From positions 1-64,000 of IMG/VR virus record IMGVR_UViG_3300028763_000006: a DNA stretch of 64,000 bases. One strand, given 5' to 3'. The position numbers and the translations under genes are program-made. The stretch is from an uncultured virus (IMG/VR IMGVR_UViG_3300028763_000006). Lineage: Duplodnaviria; Heunggongvirae; Uroviricota; Caudoviricetes. Shown piece after piece: positions 30,671 to 40,489 of this stretch (the first letter of the stretch is position 1; each line of letters begins with the position of its first letter). A model generated the notes under the pieces. It saw nothing but the letters and a program-made list of their open reading frames with translations, did not search any database and was not told where the DNA came from.

Positions 30671-31003
30671 ATGAAACATTTAAAATACTTTGAAAATAAA
30701 ATAAAAAAATACGAAATTGGAGATTTTGTTATAGGTAAAGTTGATTGGACAGAAACAGACGGTTATACAATTGATGAGATAAATAATTACTTGAGTAATG
30801 AAGCAGGAGAAATAGTAGACATGGAACTAAATGGAATAGATGATGATTTCATAACTCTACGTTATATGAATTTATCACTACCTATGTTTGAGTTTTGTGA
30901 AGATATAATATGTTTTGATACTAATCAAATACTAAGATATGCAACACAGAAGGAAATAGAAATATTTAAAATGAAAGAAAACACAGAAAAATTCAATTTA
31001 TAA
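30671..31003 (+). CDS. KFNL-tag family small protein
   Basis: MKHLKYFE...IGDFV...NTEKFNL*. Confidence 0.75.
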   Translation: MKHLKYFENKIKKYEIGDFVIGKVDWTETDGYTIDEINNYLSNEAGEIVDMELNGIDDDFITLRYMNLSLPMFEFCEDIICFDTNQILRYATQKEIEIFKMKENTEKFNL

Positions 31004-31035
31004 AAAAAGTGATTATCAATTGATAATCACTTTTT
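31004..31035. terminator. Bidirectional terminator/palindrome
   Basis: AAAAAGTGATTATCAATTGATAATCACTTTTT between convergent genes. Confidence 0.8.
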
Positions 31036-31037
31036 AT

Positions 31038-31832
31038 TTATTTTAAAATATTAAAATATTTATTAAAAATAGCTATTCTGTCATCCAACCCATTTGTACC
31101 TCCATTAATACGTTTAGTTAATTCAGTTATAACTTGGGTAGAACTTCCTTTATCACAAATAGTCCATAAATTATTAGTGTTGAAGAAAAAAGCTGCACTC
31201 ATCAATGGATATTTAGTTGCTACCAAACCTGGATTAGTCAATAAATCTTCAGTAACAAGTTTATCAAATGCAGAATAATTCACTTTACCAGTAAGTTGAA
31301 TATAACCCCTTCCGCAATATTTATAACCATCACCAGATGCTTCATCTCCATTACCCATTCGATTTGCATATGCTCTATCAGCTATTTGTTCTGGTTTTCT
31401 TGCATATGATTCATTTAATTTTCCTGGAAAATATTTAGGAAAAGTAGATTTCAGTGCAGAAGCAGAATAATTTAAATTTTCTTTCACAGCAGTAAAATTC
31501 ATACTCTCGTGAGCACACTGTGATAAAAAATGACATAATCTAAGAGATGTTGTAATATTAAACTTTGCTGCAGTATCAGGTATTTGAGCCAATACTACAT
31601 CTGGAATATGTCCTTTTAATTTGTCAATAATTGTTTGTTCCATATTTTTATCATTATTTTTATTTGTAGTGGTACTTGTAGTAGTACTTGTAGTAGTACT
31701 TGTAGCAACTCTTTCAATAGTACTTGAAGTAGTAGTACTTGTAGTCGTACTTGTAGTAGTACTTGTATCAGAACTTGAACTATTTATTAAATCAAATATA
31801 AACTTGAAAAAACTTTTTAATAATTCTATCAT
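31038..31832 (-). CDS. GH19 (chitinase/lysozyme-like) endolysin with N-terminal Ser/Thr-rich extension
   Basis: HFLSQCAHES, ENLNYS, YANRMGNG, GRGYIQLTGK-x-NY, TKRINGG-x-NGL-x-DR. Confidence 0.9.
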   Translation of the reverse strand: MIELLKSFFKFIFDLINSSSSDTSTTTSTTTSTTTSSTIERVATSTTTSTTTSTTTNKNNDKNMEQTIIDKLKGHIPDVVLAQIPDTAAKFNITTSLRLCHFLSQCAHESMNFTAVKENLNYSASALKSTFPKYFPGKLNESYARKPEQIADRAYANRMGNGDEASGDGYKYCGRGYIQLTGKVNYSAFDKLVTEDLLTNPGLVATKYPLMSAAFFFNTNNLWTICDKGSSTQVITELTKRINGGTNGLDDRIAIFNKYFNILK

Positions 31833-31866
31833 TTTTATAAGTATATATAATTATTTTTATATATAC

Positions 31867-31898
31867 TTTGGTATTACCAATATAAAAATGTATATTTG
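31867..31898 (+). promoter_or_regulatory. Bacteroidota-type promoter
   Basis: TTTG 31867-70, 20-nt spacer, TATATTTG 31891-98; ATG at 31927. Confidence 0.6.
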
Positions 31899-31926
31899 CA
31901 TTCTAAAAAATTACACAGACATTTTA

Positions 31927-32577
31927 ATGATAACAAATTTTAAAAATTTTAATATGAATGAATCTCTATCAAATTTTGACTTGAGCAAATTAGTAACGAT
32001 TATATCAATAAATAAAGACTCAGAAGGAAACTGGATTTATAAAACAGATGATAGAAAAGAATTTAAACTACCAAAAGAACAAGCAGGAAAATTAACATTG
32101 ATTGATGATAATTTTGCAAATTTTGTAAACTCTGGACATCCAATAACAAAATATTTCGAAATAACAGATGATAATATTATATCATATGTAGCGAATTTTG
32201 CTGTTGATGCTGTGGCTTTAAGAGAGGGTAGGGTTTATCTAATAGAAAGGCAAGACGGTAGAGGCTGGGCTTTACCAGGAGGCTTTATTGATGCTGGAGA
32301 AACACCTCAGCAAGCAGTTCTAAGAGAACTAACTGAAGAAACAAAGGCAAAGAGTGATGACATTAAAAGTATAGAGTCATTAGATATGATTAGAACTAAT
32401 GATCCAAGAGAAATAAATTTCTTCACATTTCCTTTTGTTATTCATATAAAAAATACATCAGAGCTATCATTTGATGATGATGCAAAAAGTGGAAAATGGA
32501 TGTTATTAAATAGGGCGTCAAAATCACAATTAGCATTCTCTCATCACAATGATATTCTCAAAAAAGTATCATTCTAA
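31927..32577 (+). CDS. Nudix hydrolase (start reassigned to 31927)
   Basis: WALPGGFIDAGETPQQAVLRELTEET Nudix box, DPR, LAFSH; begins MITNFKNF. The upstream part of the tracked ORF is antisense to the endolysin Thr repeat. Confidence 0.85.
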   Translation: MITNFKNFNMNESLSNFDLSKLVTIISINKDSEGNWIYKTDDRKEFKLPKEQAGKLTLIDDNFANFVNSGHPITKYFEITDDNIISYVANFAVDAVALREGRVYLIERQDGRGWALPGGFIDAGETPQQAVLRELTEETKAKSDDIKSIESLDMIRTNDPREINFFTFPFVIHIKNTSELSFDDDAKSGKWMLLNRASKSQLAFSHHNDILKKVSF

Positions 32578-32593
32578 TTGTCAAAAAGATCAT

Positions 32594-32627
32594 AAAAAAA
32601 GCTGAAATTTAAATTTCAGCTTTTTTT
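32594..32627. terminator. Bidirectional terminator
   Basis: AAAAAAAGCTGAAATTTAAATTTCAGCTTTTTTT. Confidence 0.8.
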
Positions 32628-33102
32628 ATAAATTAAATTTAGAAGTGTCTTTATATAGATTAAAATAAGTCAGATTAATATTAGAAATAATGTTATTTAC
32701 ATCATTCTGTTTAATAATACTTGAAAAACTATAATATTCACCATAATCTTCTTTTGGCGACATTATATGTCTTAAAAATGATAGAGTATATGACCATTTA
32801 TCTTCATAAACTTTTTTTACAGATTTACCCCAATGAAAATCTATTTTAATATCAACATTATTAATTATAGTAAAAAGAACATAAAAAATAACATCAAATT
32901 CTGATGTAGGAAAACTACATCTATTAATAGTTATCATATGTTCATAATCTGGAGGTGAATTTGTAGAATAAAATAAATCAGTATCAATAGTTTTTAAAAA
33001 ATCAACAATTTTATCACCTAACTTAATTACTTTATAATGAGAATCAAGATGAGCCACAAATTCTTCAGTATAAACTACATGTTCCTCAAATTTTATAATC
33101 AT
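32626..33102 (-). CDS. KFNL-tag family protein
   Basis: MIIKFEE...DTSKFNL*. Confidence 0.7.
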   Translation of the reverse strand: MIIKFEEHVVYTEEFVAHLDSHYKVIKLGDKIVDFLKTIDTDLFYSTNSPPDYEHMITINRCSFPTSEFDVIFYVLFTIINNVDIKIDFHWGKSVKKVYEDKWSYTLSFLRHIMSPKEDYGEYYSFSSIIKQNDVNNIISNINLTYFNLYKDTSKFNL

Positions 33103-33105
33103 AAA

Positions 33106-33567
33106 TTATATGTTAAATTTTTTAATGTCATTTGAAAGATCATATTCTTTAATTGACAATTTTTTAATTAAATATGGAATATCAGTAATATTTATTGAAC
33201 TATGAAAAGAATAATATTGAAAAGTGTTATCAAAAGGCAATAGTAGTTTTTTAATAAACAGCAAAAAATCTTCACATTTTATCATATCTGTCATCCGACT
33301 GCAGTTTTCTATATCTATTCTAATAGAAGGAGTATATTCTATCCAATCAAATTGTTCATCTTTAATATAAAATGATATACTGAAAATTTCACCAAATGAA
33401 ATATTGTTTTTATAAAAAGTTAATTTATAATATTCATTATCCGCACGCCAACTGGATTGACATTCAATATTCTCACCTTTAATAATATGGTTAAAAATCA
33501 ACAAAAAAGATTTTGCCAATTTTTCAACGTATTTTTTTGAATTATAGCAATTATAATTATACATCAT
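33106..33567 (-). CDS. KFNL-tag family protein
   Basis: Ends DIKKFNI*; resembles the neighbouring ORF (YYSF-x-S-x-I). Confidence 0.7.
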   Translation of the reverse strand: MMYNYNCYNSKKYVEKLAKSFLLIFNHIIKGENIECQSSWRADNEYYKLTFYKNNISFGEIFSISFYIKDEQFDWIEYTPSIRIDIENCSRMTDMIKCEDFLLFIKKLLLPFDNTFQYYSFHSSINITDIPYLIKKLSIKEYDLSNDIKKFNI

Positions 33568-34364
33568 TACAATTTATTTAATTTTTCTTGTGATTTTTTA
33601 ATTGATATCTCAGCAGATTTTATTCTGTCTTGTTTCCAATAAATATGCTGTCTTTTCCAACTATCAACACAACTATCAACATATTCTTTTTGATGTATTT
33701 CCCAACTCTCTTTAGTATAATTTTGCTTTGCATAACAATCATCACTTAATGCATTCCATGTAGTTAACAATAACCGTCCATGTTCTCCTTTTATCAACAA
33801 ATCAATAATTTCATCATCTGTCAATACAATAGATTCTGATATTTCTTTTTCACAAGAAGATATTATATTTTTATCATATTCTATTTCTTTTTGTAATTTT
33901 TCTTTTTTATTTAATTTTTTAATTTTTTCTGAATAAATATTTGTCAATTCAGTATTATTAGTTTGAGGTAAAGTGGTTTTTGTAATATACCTGTAATGAG
34001 CTTTTTGAATATTATAGCCACCTGCAATAATAACTTCGGTTGAGAAATTGTGAATCACTTCATCTCTTTCAATTTTTGCAATAATCTCAAGATTTCCTTT
34101 ATTAGAATAACGTGTGCTTAAATAAATAAGTTTATCTGTTGTCTTTGTGTATTTTTCAATTGATCTTATCATATCAAATACCAAATACAATATAGTATTC
34201 TCCTTTTGAAATTCAGTAAAATATCTACCAGTTTCTTCATAAAAATTTTCTTCATATTTAACCATCAATTTTTCTAAAGTTGGTTCAATTGTAGTAAGAA
34301 TCTTATCAATCAACTCATTCTTAAACTTAATATCCAAAAAGCCTTTATAATTTAGAACACTCAT
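33567..34364 (-). CDS. Hypothetical protein
   Basis: Conserved-looking IIAGGYNIQKAHYRY motif. Confidence 0.6.
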   Translation of the reverse strand: MSVLNYKGFLDIKFKNELIDKILTTIEPTLEKLMVKYEENFYEETGRYFTEFQKENTILYLVFDMIRSIEKYTKTTDKLIYLSTRYSNKGNLEIIAKIERDEVIHNFSTEVIIAGGYNIQKAHYRYITKTTLPQTNNTELTNIYSEKIKKLNKKEKLQKEIEYDKNIISSCEKEISESIVLTDDEIIDLLIKGEHGRLLLTTWNALSDDCYAKQNYTKESWEIHQKEYVDSCVDSWKRQHIYWKQDRIKSAEISIKKSQEKLNKL

Positions 34365-34402
34365 GATTATATATTTTTAATTATTAATTATTAATTTATA
34401 CA

Positions 34403-34434
34403 CAAAGATAATACATAATCAAATGATAATCAAA
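34403..34434 (-). promoter_or_regulatory. Bacteroidota-type promoter
   Basis: Minus-strand TTTG (34431-34), 20-nt spacer, TATCTTTG (34403-10). Confidence 0.6.
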
Positions 34435-34458
34435 AATAATCATTCATATTAAGGATTA

Positions 34459-35685
34459 TTAATCAATGTTACTATTAATATACAAGGTCTCTACATTTTT
34501 TATTTTATTAGTTGAAATTAGTGTATCTTTATTATCATATATTTCTTCATTTTTCAATGAATTATCAACTTGTTTATTATCAGGATATAAATTTTCATTT
34601 TTTAATTTATTATCATAATATACATTTTCAAATAATTTTTCATTTGTTAATTTATTATTAGAATCTACATTTTTAAATATATCTGAATCCCTCAATTTAT
34701 TATGAGAATCCACATTTAAATACAATTCTTCATAATTTAGTGTATTATCTATTTCTATATTATTATACATTTTTTCATTAGTTAAAACATTATTATATTC
34801 AGAATTTTTAAATATCTCTTCATTACTCAAAGAATTATTTACTATTATACTATCATCAAACAAACTTTCATTAGACAATATATTATTCACTATTGTATTT
34901 TCATCATATAATTGCTCATTTGTTAATTTATTATCAGAACCTATATTTTTAAATAAATCTTCATTAATAAGTTTATTATCTGAACCTATATTTTTAAATA
35001 AATCTTCATTGATTAGATTATTATTTGATTCTATATTTTTAAATAAATCCTCATTAATTAAAGAATTATTCGATATAGTATTTTCATCATATAATTGCTC
35101 ATTTGTTAATTTATTGTCTGAACCTATATTTTTAAATAAATCTTCATTGATTAGATTATTATTTGATTCTATATTTTTAAATAAATCCTCATTTGTTAAT
35201 GTGTTGTCTGAACCTATATTTTTAAATAAATCTTCATTTGTTAAAGAATTATTATCTATTATATTATTAAATAATATTTCTTTATTTGGAGTTTTAATTA
35301 TATTTATATTTTTAAATAATATCTCTTTTCTTGGTGTTTTAATTACATCTACATTTTTAAATAATATTTCTTTTCTTGGTGTTTTAATTAGTGAATTATT
35401 AGTAAATAAATATTCTTTATTTGGAGTTTTATTTCTTGATATGACATTTTCTGAATTACCAGTAACATCATCATTAACTCCAAATTCATATATAGATTTT
35501 GGAGGAGTTCTTGCTACAACAATTTCATAATTTCCAGTAACATCACCCAATAATTTTCTTCTGATATTTATTGATGATGGTTGAGTATAAACAGTTTCAT
35601 TATTAGGTGTTAATCCTAATAATCCATGATTATTAACTACAATATTATCAATTACATAATTATTATTTAAATTACCCATTTCCAT
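34459..35685 (-). CDS. Protein with about 20 tandem 15/16-aa repeats
   Basis: KTP[RN]KE-x-LF-x-N x4, then N-x-L-x-NE-x-L[FY]-x-N repeats. Confidence 0.7.
   Translation of the reverse strand: MEMGNLNNNYVIDNIVVNNHGLLGLTPNNETVYTQPSSINIRRKLLGDVTGNYEIVVARTPPKSIYEFGVNDDVTGNSENVISRNKTPNKEYLFTNNSLIKTPRKEILFKNVDVIKTPRKEILFKNINIIKTPNKEILFNNIIDNNSLTNEDLFKNIGSDNTLTNEDLFKNIESNNNLINEDLFKNIGSDNKLTNEQLYDENTISNNSLINEDLFKNIESNNNLINEDLFKNIGSDNKLINEDLFKNIGSDNKLTNEQLYDENTIVNNILSNESLFDDSIIVNNSLSNEEIFKNSEYNNVLTNEKMYNNIEIDNTLNYEELYLNVDSHNKLRDSDIFKNVDSNNKLTNEKLFENVYYDNKLKNENLYPDNKQVDNSLKNEEIYDNKDTLISTNKIKNVETLYINSNID
34880..35430 (-). repeat. ~45-bp coding tandem repeat
   Basis: Recurrent ATATTTTTAAATAAATC(T/C)TCATT units on the + strand. 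Confidence 0.75.
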
Positions 35686-36124
35686 CTAATTTTCTTTTCT
35701 TAATCATTTCCTCAATATATTGATCAGTAGGCAATTTAATACTTGGATCTGACTTCTTAATAGGTTTATCAGAATTATCTTTAATACCTTCTTTATCATT
35801 TATCTCTTTAACTATTGAAGCTAAATATTGTTCTGGACTCATTTTTAAATCATCATCAGTATAAATCATACCATAAACAGTATCATCATTAAATATATAA
35901 AATTCTTTTGATGATAAAGTAAAATCTTGATAAAAAATCAACTTACCTATTGAACCATATGTCAGAACTTGTTTTCCTGTCATTTCCAAATATTTATTCA
36001 TAAATGGATCTTTAATTCTAACTGTTTCTTGTTTTAAATCAATAAAATTTTCTCCCAAATTCATTTTAAAAATTGATATCTTTCTAAATATATTTAGCAT
36101 TTGTGTATTTGATACTATTATCAT
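35672..36124 (-). CDS. Hypothetical protein
   Basis: 150-aa ORF in an operon. Confidence 0.6.
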   Translation of the reverse strand: MIIVSNTQMLNIFRKISIFKMNLGENFIDLKQETVRIKDPFMNKYLEMTGKQVLTYGSIGKLIFYQDFTLSSKEFYIFNDDTVYGMIYTDDDLKMSPEQYLASIVKEINDKEGIKDNSDKPIKKSDPSIKLPTDQYIEEMIKKRKLDGNG

Positions 36125-36672
36125 TGTGTATAAATATTATCTTTTAAGTCATTTTTATCTGTTCCTTCGTCATCTGATTTATCTTTTAATTGACCTAATT
36201 TATCAATCATAAAATCTTCTTTTATATCTTCAACATCAACCTCTTCGACCAATTCTCCTTTTTCTTCCATTTCATCGTTAAATTGATGAATTTTCAATAA
36301 TATTTTATTTATTTCCAATGCTTTACCTTCAGTTGGAGTTTCAATTGGAGCAGCACCTTGTTCTTGAGATTGAGAATTATCAGTTCCTTTCATTTGATCT
36401 AGTCTAACCATAAATATAACTCTATATCTAAAAAATGAATCTTCATCTTCATCTTTATCTTCAGTTTCTTCTATAGGTTCAGAAAAATTAAAAATTAAAA
36501 ATTTTTCCATTGGATTAGAATTAGAAATATCTATTTGACCATCCAATGAGCAGCCTTGAGCAGCCAATGAACCTTCACTAAACCATTTTTCGATTTGAGA
36601 TTTTAATTCCTTAAAAAATACTGTTATTTTATAATCAGCAGATTCTACATATTCTTCAAAAAGTTTCTTCAT
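36121..36672 (-). CDS. Acidic protein with N-terminal tag-like start
   Basis: MKKLFEEYVE... Confidence 0.6.
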   Translation of the reverse strand: MKKLFEEYVESADYKITVFFKELKSQIEKWFSEGSLAAQGCSLDGQIDISNSNPMEKFLIFNFSEPIEETEDKDEDEDSFFRYRVIFMVRLDQMKGTDNSQSQEQGAAPIETPTEGKALEINKILLKIHQFNDEMEEKGELVEEVDVEDIKEDFMIDKLGQLKDKSDDEGTDKNDLKDNIYTQ

Positions 36673-36748
36673 TTATAATAATTATTTTAAAGTATATATA
36701 AAAATAACTTCATAGAAAATCACATAAAAAAATTAATATATAAGAAAC

Positions 36749-37105
36749 ATGAAGTATATTAAAAAATTCGAAGGTTCTAATGAAAAAGGTAAATTTTGGA
36801 AAATAAATACAGATGAGCCATATTTTGAAATATCATTACATAAACTTGGATTTGATGACTCAATAAAGGAGACAATTTACAGTATGAATAACTACCACAT
36901 AAAAAATAGCGGGTTAGTTTATATTTATATAATTGACACAAACACATCATGGATGGGAATATCTGTAACATGGAGTCAAGTTTCAGATTTCAGAAAAGAT
37001 ACTGCAATAGAAAACGGTAATGAGTATATGGGAGAAGTCGATATAACAGAAGAAGATATTAAAAAATGGAAACTAATTAAAACAGCCGAAAAATTTAATT
37101 TATGA
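36749..37105 (+). CDS. KFNL-tag family small protein
   Basis: MKYIKKFE...TAEKFNL*. Confidence 0.75.
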   Translation: MKYIKKFEGSNEKGKFWKINTDEPYFEISLHKLGFDDSIKETIYSMNNYHIKNSGLVYIYIIDTNTSWMGISVTWSQVSDFRKDTAIENGNEYMGEVDITEEDIKKWKLIKTAEKFNL

Positions 37106-37743
37106 AATATCTAAAAGCATTTGAATCAGAAGTATCATCAGGTAATGCATCAGGAAAGGCTGGGGTTGGATCAATTCCATTTGGAAGAGGTTATATGCAA
37201 TCAGGTGGAAACAATGGAGCCAGTGGCATAGTATTCACTGCGGTTGGAGAACCATCTTATACTACATACAAAAGTATGAAGCATTCGAAAAAAGAATTGA
37301 AAGAGAAAAGAAGAAGATTGAAAATGTATAAAAAATTCAAAAAAGATTCTATAATATCAGAGAGAATTGTTGAGATTGATCAAAGTTCATGGAATTGGGG
37401 ATCAGAAACAAATGATGAAAATATAGGCAAATATGTTATAATGAATGAATTTGAAAAAGATGCATTTGCATCTACTAGAGAAAATAAAAAAGAATTAAAT
37501 GATTTTGTTAAAAATAATAGTGGTAAAATAGTAGCATCAAAAAAATCAGGAGTTGGTGTTACTTATATGATAAAGTATAATAATATACCTGAGTATTTAA
37601 AAAAATATTTTGTTAGTTTTAACTTTACAAATGACGCAGAACATAAATATATGAGAGCAATAAAAAGACATAACACAATTGAATTCATAGGATCAAAAGA
37701 AGAATGTGAAATTAAAATATCAACAAAAAAATATAATTTATAA
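37102..37743 (+). CDS. KFNL-tag family protein with Gly-rich and basic segments
   Basis: MKYLKAFE...STKKYNL*. Confidence 0.75.
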   Translation: MKYLKAFESEVSSGNASGKAGVGSIPFGRGYMQSGGNNGASGIVFTAVGEPSYTTYKSMKHSKKELKEKRRRLKMYKKFKKDSIISERIVEIDQSSWNWGSETNDENIGKYVIMNEFEKDAFASTRENKKELNDFVKNNSGKIVASKKSGVGVTYMIKYNNIPEYLKKYFVSFNFTNDAEHKYMRAIKRHNTIEFIGSKEECEIKISTKKYNL

Positions 37744-38186
37744 TGATAATACATTTCAAGGAATTTATAACAGAAGGATTTTTAAATATATTCAATAAAA
37801 AAAAAGAATCTATTGAAAATGATAATGAGAAAATTCTCAGAATGATTTATGATAAAGAGCCAGAACTACAAAAGTATAAATTTGAAGTAGATTCTTGGAA
37901 TAGAAGAGGAGATTTATTACCAAGAGAAAAAAGAAATGATGAAATAATAACCAACCTAAATGGAATTGATGTTATTTTTGATACAGTAACAAAAATTTAC
38001 GAAATTTCTATTGCGCCTAGATACGATTTTGATTTTTCTCTTAGAATACTCAATTTAATTGATGAAAATTATGACACACTTTCTCATAATTTATACAAAT
38101 CTAGTATATCAACAAAATCAATATTATTCACAGAAATGAGTGAAGAAAGAAAATTTGAATTAGACACAAAAAAATATAATCTATAA
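37743..38186 (+). CDS. KFNL-tag family protein
   Basis: MIIHFKEFITE...DTKKYNL*. Confidence 0.75.
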   Translation: MIIHFKEFITEGFLNIFNKKKESIENDNEKILRMIYDKEPELQKYKFEVDSWNRRGDLLPREKRNDEIITNLNGIDVIFDTVTKIYEISIAPRYDFDFSLRILNLIDENYDTLSHNLYKSSISTKSILFTEMSEERKFELDTKKYNL

Positions 38187-38187
38187 G

Positions 38188-38580
38188 ATGAAAAAATTTG
38201 ATGAATTTATAAAAGAAGATGCATTTGCAACTATGGGAAACACAGGAGGAATGGGTGCTATTGTAGCTGCTCAACCAGGAAGTATTCCAGGATCTCAAGG
38301 AACTACTGGTTCTGGTGATATTAGTCAGCCTCTTGCTACATATTCTAAACCCGTAGTAAATTTAAAAAGACATAAAAAATCTAAGAAAAATAAAATGAGA
38401 AAAGTAGAATCATTTGATATTTTCATGAAAGAAGAAAATGAGATAATAGACAATTTCACTGCAAGATATTATGATAATTATGATGATGAAGAAGAACCAA
38501 GTTATGAAGTAAATATTCAAGATATTGAAGAAAATAATATTAAAAAAATTCAAATGTACGAAAAAGATGAAAATAAATAA
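38188..38580 (+). CDS. N-tagged Gly-rich/basic/acidic protein
   Basis: MKKFDEFIKE...GNTGGMG...KRHKKSKKNK. Confidence 0.65.
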   Translation: MKKFDEFIKEDAFATMGNTGGMGAIVAAQPGSIPGSQGTTGSGDISQPLATYSKPVVNLKRHKKSKKNKMRKVESFDIFMKEENEIIDNFTARYYDNYDDEEEPSYEVNIQDIEENNIKKIQMYEKDENK

Positions 38581-38863
38581 ATTTAGCCAACTAAATGAAT
38601 CTAATGAAATACCATATAATAAATCATTAGGATATGATATGTCAATGATAGATTATCTAGCCAAAAGTTTTCAATTATGGACAGATGCATAAGATTTATC
38701 ACCAAAATCCGCTGATGAATATAGCATAGATGAATTAACAGATGTTCAGTATGATTATATAAAAAAATTCATAATTTTATGGGATTCAACTGAAGAATTT
38801 GAGAGAGATTATAATATAAATGGAATTAAATTAGAACAAAAAGCAAAAAAATTTAATATATAA
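38567..38863 (+). pseudogene. KFNL-tag family gene interrupted by an in-frame TAA (not in ORF track)
   Basis: MKINKFSQLNE...WTDA*DLSPK...QKAKKFNI*; stop at 38690-38692. Confidence 0.7.
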
Positions 38864-38874
38864 AATAAGAAATA

Positions 38875-39420
38875 ATGGATAGTATAAGATCAAAATATCA
38901 GAAATATGGAGTTAAAAATTTCTATGAATGGAATTTTGATCAATATAATAATCCGCATGAGCCAATAATACAAAAATCAATAAAATTTGTAAATGATAAT
39001 TGGAATATAAATTTCAACAAATCATTAGATTTGGCTGCAGGTAAAGGAGAAATTTCTAAAACATTAATAAATCTTGGATATAAAAACATTGATGCTTGTG
39101 ATGCATATTCATGTGATTACTACAAAACAAACGACAACACAAAATGTGAAAAAATATCATTTGATGATATCATAAACGGTTCATTAGATAATAAAAAATA
39201 TAATATCATAATTTGCAGTTTTGCACTACACTTATTAGAGCAATCAAAATTACCAACATTTCTATATAAATTAACTCAAATTAGTAACCAATTACTAATA
39301 TTATCACCTCACAAAAGACCAGAAATAAGAGAAGAATGGGGCTGGAAACTTCAAAATGAAATAGTTATAGAAAAAGTCAGAACTAGACTATTTGATAATA
39401 TTTTTTCTAAACAATCTTAA
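38875..39420 (+). CDS. Class I SAM-dependent methyltransferase
   Basis: LDLAAGKGE, DACD, IICSFALHL. Confidence 0.75.
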   Translation: MDSIRSKYQKYGVKNFYEWNFDQYNNPHEPIIQKSIKFVNDNWNINFNKSLDLAAGKGEISKTLINLGYKNIDACDAYSCDYYKTNDNTKCEKISFDDIINGSLDNKKYNIIICSFALHLLEQSKLPTFLYKLTQISNQLLILSPHKRPEIREEWGWKLQNEIVIEKVRTRLFDNIFSKQS

Positions 39421-39460
39421 TAATTTTTTATATAACATTATAAAATAAAATTATAAAATA

Positions 39461-40468
39461 ATGGACTATAAAAAGGATTATTATAAAGAATTAGGATTAA
39501 ATAAAGATTCATCTGAGGAAGAAATAAAAAAGAAATATCGAAAGCTTGCAATAAAATATCATCCTGACAAAAATCAAGGAGATAAAGAAAGCGAGGAAAA
39601 ATTCAAATCAGTATCAGAAGCTTACGAAGTATTATCTGATAATTCAAAAAAACAAGAATATGACACGCGTAGTCCAAATGGAAATTCATTTTCACAATTT
39701 GGTGGGCAAGAATCAAGTTTTTTTGGAGGAGGCATGAATTCTAGTTTTTTCAATCAATTCTTTGGTGGAAATAGTCCATTTGGAAATTTTTCCGGTAAAG
39801 AAGAATTTTCTGAAAACTTAGACATAAACATAAATGTAGATATAGATTTTAAACAGATATATAAAAATGATAAAATTAAAGTAAAATACAACAAATTAAT
39901 TAGTTGTGATGACTGCAAAGGTACTGGATTTGATAAATCTGGACATTCAGATGATTGTGATGTATGTGATGGTACAGGAATAAATAATGGAAGAGATTGT
40001 GAGTACTGTCAAGGTACTGGAAAAATTCATAGTGATAAATGCAAAAAATGTAATGGGGAAAAAGTAATATTAAAAGAAACTGAAATAGAATTACAAAACA
40101 TATCGGAAATTAGATCCTCCAATAGAAATTTGCAATATGGTTATGGTAGTCAATCAAAATACTATAAAGATAGAGTAGGAAGCTTAATTTTAAATATAAA
40201 TATTATAAATAGAAGTAAATGCAGCATAATAAATAATTATGATTTAATTTCAGAATTAGATATACATTTTCAAGATGCCATTGATGGAAGCAAAATATAT
40301 TATACTCATGTTGATGATACTAAATTAGAAATTAAATTACCTAATAAAACCAAGGACAAAGATACAATAAAAATAAAAGAAAAAGGTTTATTAAGACAGA
40401 ATGGCAAAAGAGCAGATTTATATCTGAAATTAAATATTGTCATAGACTATGACAAATTAAATATATAA
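39461..40468 (+). CDS. dnaJ: DnaJ chaperone
   Basis: J domain with HPD, G/F region, four CxxCxG(xG) motifs, C-terminal domain. Confidence 0.92.
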   Translation: MDYKKDYYKELGLNKDSSEEEIKKKYRKLAIKYHPDKNQGDKESEEKFKSVSEAYEVLSDNSKKQEYDTRSPNGNSFSQFGGQESSFFGGGMNSSFFNQFFGGNSPFGNFSGKEEFSENLDININVDIDFKQIYKNDKIKVKYNKLISCDDCKGTGFDKSGHSDDCDVCDGTGINNGRDCEYCQGTGKIHSDKCKKCNGEKVILKETEIELQNISEIRSSNRNLQYGYGSQSKYYKDRVGSLILNINIINRSKCSIINNYDLISELDIHFQDAIDGSKIYYTHVDDTKLEIKLPNKTKDKDTIKIKEKGLLRQNGKRADLYLKLNIVIDYDKLNI

Positions 40469-40489
40469 TAAAAATAAAAATAAAATGAT

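Noticed and set aside
31621..31926. Val/Leu-rich N-terminal extension of the Nudix ORF as a membrane anchor
   Set aside because: It is the antisense reading of the endolysin Thr/Ser repeat; a promoter and ATG at 31927 give a better start.
34880..35430. CRISPR array
   Set aside because: The repeats are in-frame coding units of ~45 bp without unique spacers.
35009..35530. 173-aa plus-strand repeat ORF
   Set aside because: Antisense shadow of the repeat gene 34459..35685.
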